DNA of 64,000 nucleotides from Podarcis filfolensis (lineage: Eukaryota): NCBI GenBank assembly GCA_964270895.1, contig OZ185437.1; one strand, 5' to 3'. Numbering within the stretch: position 1 is the first letter of the stretch; each line of letters opens with the position of its first letter. The notes beneath the pieces are model-generated. The model worked only from the letters and a program-made list of their open reading frames with translations, was not told where the DNA came from and did not search any database. A program made the translations under genes and the position numbers. This document shows, piece by piece, positions 61,967 to 64,000 of this stretch.

Positions 61967-62800
61967 GATTTCAGGCAGGGGTCTTCCCCAGGCCTACCCG
62001 AGACCTCCCGCATAAAAACCATGCACTCTGCCTATGAAGCTGCAGCCCTTCTAGTCATCTGACTCTTTCATCCCAAAGTAACTGCTGTTCTGCATCCTTC
62101 ACTTATGCTTTCAGTAGCACTGCCACAGGCTAAACTTGCCATGTGAACTTAATGAACTCAGCACCAATTGACCTTTGGAAATTGCTTGGTATGTGCTGAG
62201 TTCAACACACTTTGTCTGCAGTTGCCCAACAAAACAAAACACCGGTCACACCAAGACACTAAGAGGTCCTAGAGTTCATTAGTTTTGAAGATATTGGGCA
62301 TAGAGCAAGGTATATAGGTCTTCTTTTCAACCAGCCTACGACAAAGAGTGGAAGCCCTGTGCAAGTGTCTCCGTTACAGCCTACCTTGTCATTCTGCAGC
62401 CTGGTAGCGTTCAGTGCAGGCAGTATAATACTCCTTCCAATGTGATTCTGAATATGTTTTCCCAGAAATAAATCCTGTTTTGCCCAATGACATTACTCCC
62501 AAGTTGGCATGTGTAGAACGGAATTTAAGGTTGCCACCCATTGGATACACTTTTACTGAAATGCAAAACGCTGTGCTAGCAGCTTCATAAAATGCAAAAC
62601 ACTTAATTAAATAGCTCAGATATGATTCTGAATTATAACGACCGATGATGCTGATCTGGAATAGCTAGTGTTTTCCTAGGAGCCAGAGAGAGATGTGCAG
62701 ACATATAGCACTGCCTACAACAAATCTAATTAGCACATTTAGAACATTTGCTTGCTATAATTAACTGGATAAATAATATTACGCGATAATATCAATAATA

Positions 62801-62840
62801 TTTTCCATGCTAGATTTTCCATGCTAGATTTCCATGCTAG
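62801..62840. repeat. 14-bp tandem repeat x3
   Basis: (t)tttccatgctaga repeated three times. Confidence 0.85.
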
Positions 62841-64000
62841 TAGTAGTCACATATTTTAATCTGGAAAGTGTCTGGATTGGGGCCAGGGTCCCCACCAGTA
62901 GACTTCCTGCTGTGGTCTCAAACCAAAGGGGAAAGGCCACCAGCCATCCTTTTGCTCCTCGTGAATTGCCTTCCAATAGTCCTTGGAGCTACAGGGGAAA
63001 CCTCTTTGGCCTCTTGCCCTTGCACTCATGCAGTTGTCTGTCATGAGCATGCCACACATGCTCATGACAGACAACTGCATGGAGAGAAAGGGCAGGCTGT
63101 GTAATGATGGGATATACATGTTTGCACAGCGGAGATGAACCACAACAATGCACGTATTGAGTACTCTAGTGTTTTGGGAGTCTGGATCTGGCAATCCCTT
63201 TGCCTCGCTGCAGTTCACGTTGTGGGTATGTTCTGGTATGCCTCCCAAATTCATGTGCAGGCATAATTTTAAGGACATAAATAAAAAAAGTCTCTCTAAG
63301 ATATTTCTGTCTTTCTAAAAAAAGCTTTGAATTCATTCGTAATTGCTCCTCTTGTTTCTGGAACAGGAAGTAGTTTAAGAAACCATCTAGCATGACACTT
63401 AGTGGAAAAAAATGGTTTCAGGGCATTTCAAAACAACATAGCCGTAGTATGATATTTCAAAATTACTGCACTTTCAAGTATAGCCCAAAGATTGAATTTT
63501 TGGGGGGAGAGAGGGTTGTCTTATGATGTCTAGTGTAGAGGACCTTTTGTAGTGATGAACTCTACAACTGCAGAAGACAGCCCTTGTTTTTACACTTCTG
63601 GTGCTCAGAAACAGTAGAGCTACAGGATGGAGAAAAGACTTATTGTTAATGGGAGACAAGGGATCCCAGTGGGGTGATTGGAGCGGGGAGAGGTGAGGAT
63701 GGGTGAGCAGCAACTCTTCTGCATGTCAAATTGAGGGCAGAGGGTAACTTAAAATATTGAAGAGGCTGAGCCTGGGACTTGAGCATCCTAATTCTTTCTG
63801 GGACTAAGAGTTCTGGTGAAGAGTTCTGAATAAAGGAAAGCACTTGGAACTTGGCTAGCTATTGTATCCCAGAAGCAGAAATCCATGATCCCGTGGTGGC
63901 AGAACGGTGGGATTCTCTCTCTTTTTGCAATGAGAAAGGAACACAATTTCTGCTTCTGGGATCCTCCTTAAGCGTACAGGAAAATGGTTTGAGGCACTTA

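Noticed and set aside
40034-64000. ITPKB exon 3 (SKSWRKIKNMVHWSPF...)
   Set aside because: No such peptide seen in the ORF track or by eye; intron 2 appears to extend beyond the window (short exons could be missed).

Overview
Eukaryotic genomic DNA from a squamate reptile, most likely a lacertid lizard. This is inferred from nine Sauria-type SINEs, a Squam3-like SINE, a Bov-B stub and lizard-type L2/CR1 tails. The only coding sequence I can identify is the large first coding exon of ITPKB (inositol-trisphosphate 3-kinase B; + strand, CDS 38286-39983, 566 codons, phase-0 GT donor at 39984). It is preceded by a probable non-coding exon in a CpG island near 32.2-32.5 kb, and intron 2 runs past the window end. 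A separate CpG-island promoter at about 8.1-8.6 kb has minus-strand splice donors and points away from ITPKB. Recalled vertebrate synteny suggests PSEN2, but no PSEN2 coding sequence is visible. The rest is intron or intergenic DNA dense in SINEs, LINE 3' fragments and non-autonomous DNA transposons (hAT-like with 8-bp TSDs; Tc1/mariner-pogo-like with TA TSDs), often nested. I do not see a convincing new multi-gene system. The most unusual directly visible structures are: (1) a Sauria SINE flanked by a 175-bp direct repeat, an apparent giant target-site duplication; (2) an adjacent ~440-bp near-perfect inverted repeat in the ITPKB intron; (3) a four-element nested transposon stack; (4) a calcineurin-docking-like PAVIVT motif and two uORFs in ITPKB exon 2. 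Most ORFs in the supplied track are repeat-derived or GC-rich antisense artefacts. Family names and human orthologue comparisons are from memory and need alignment to confirm.
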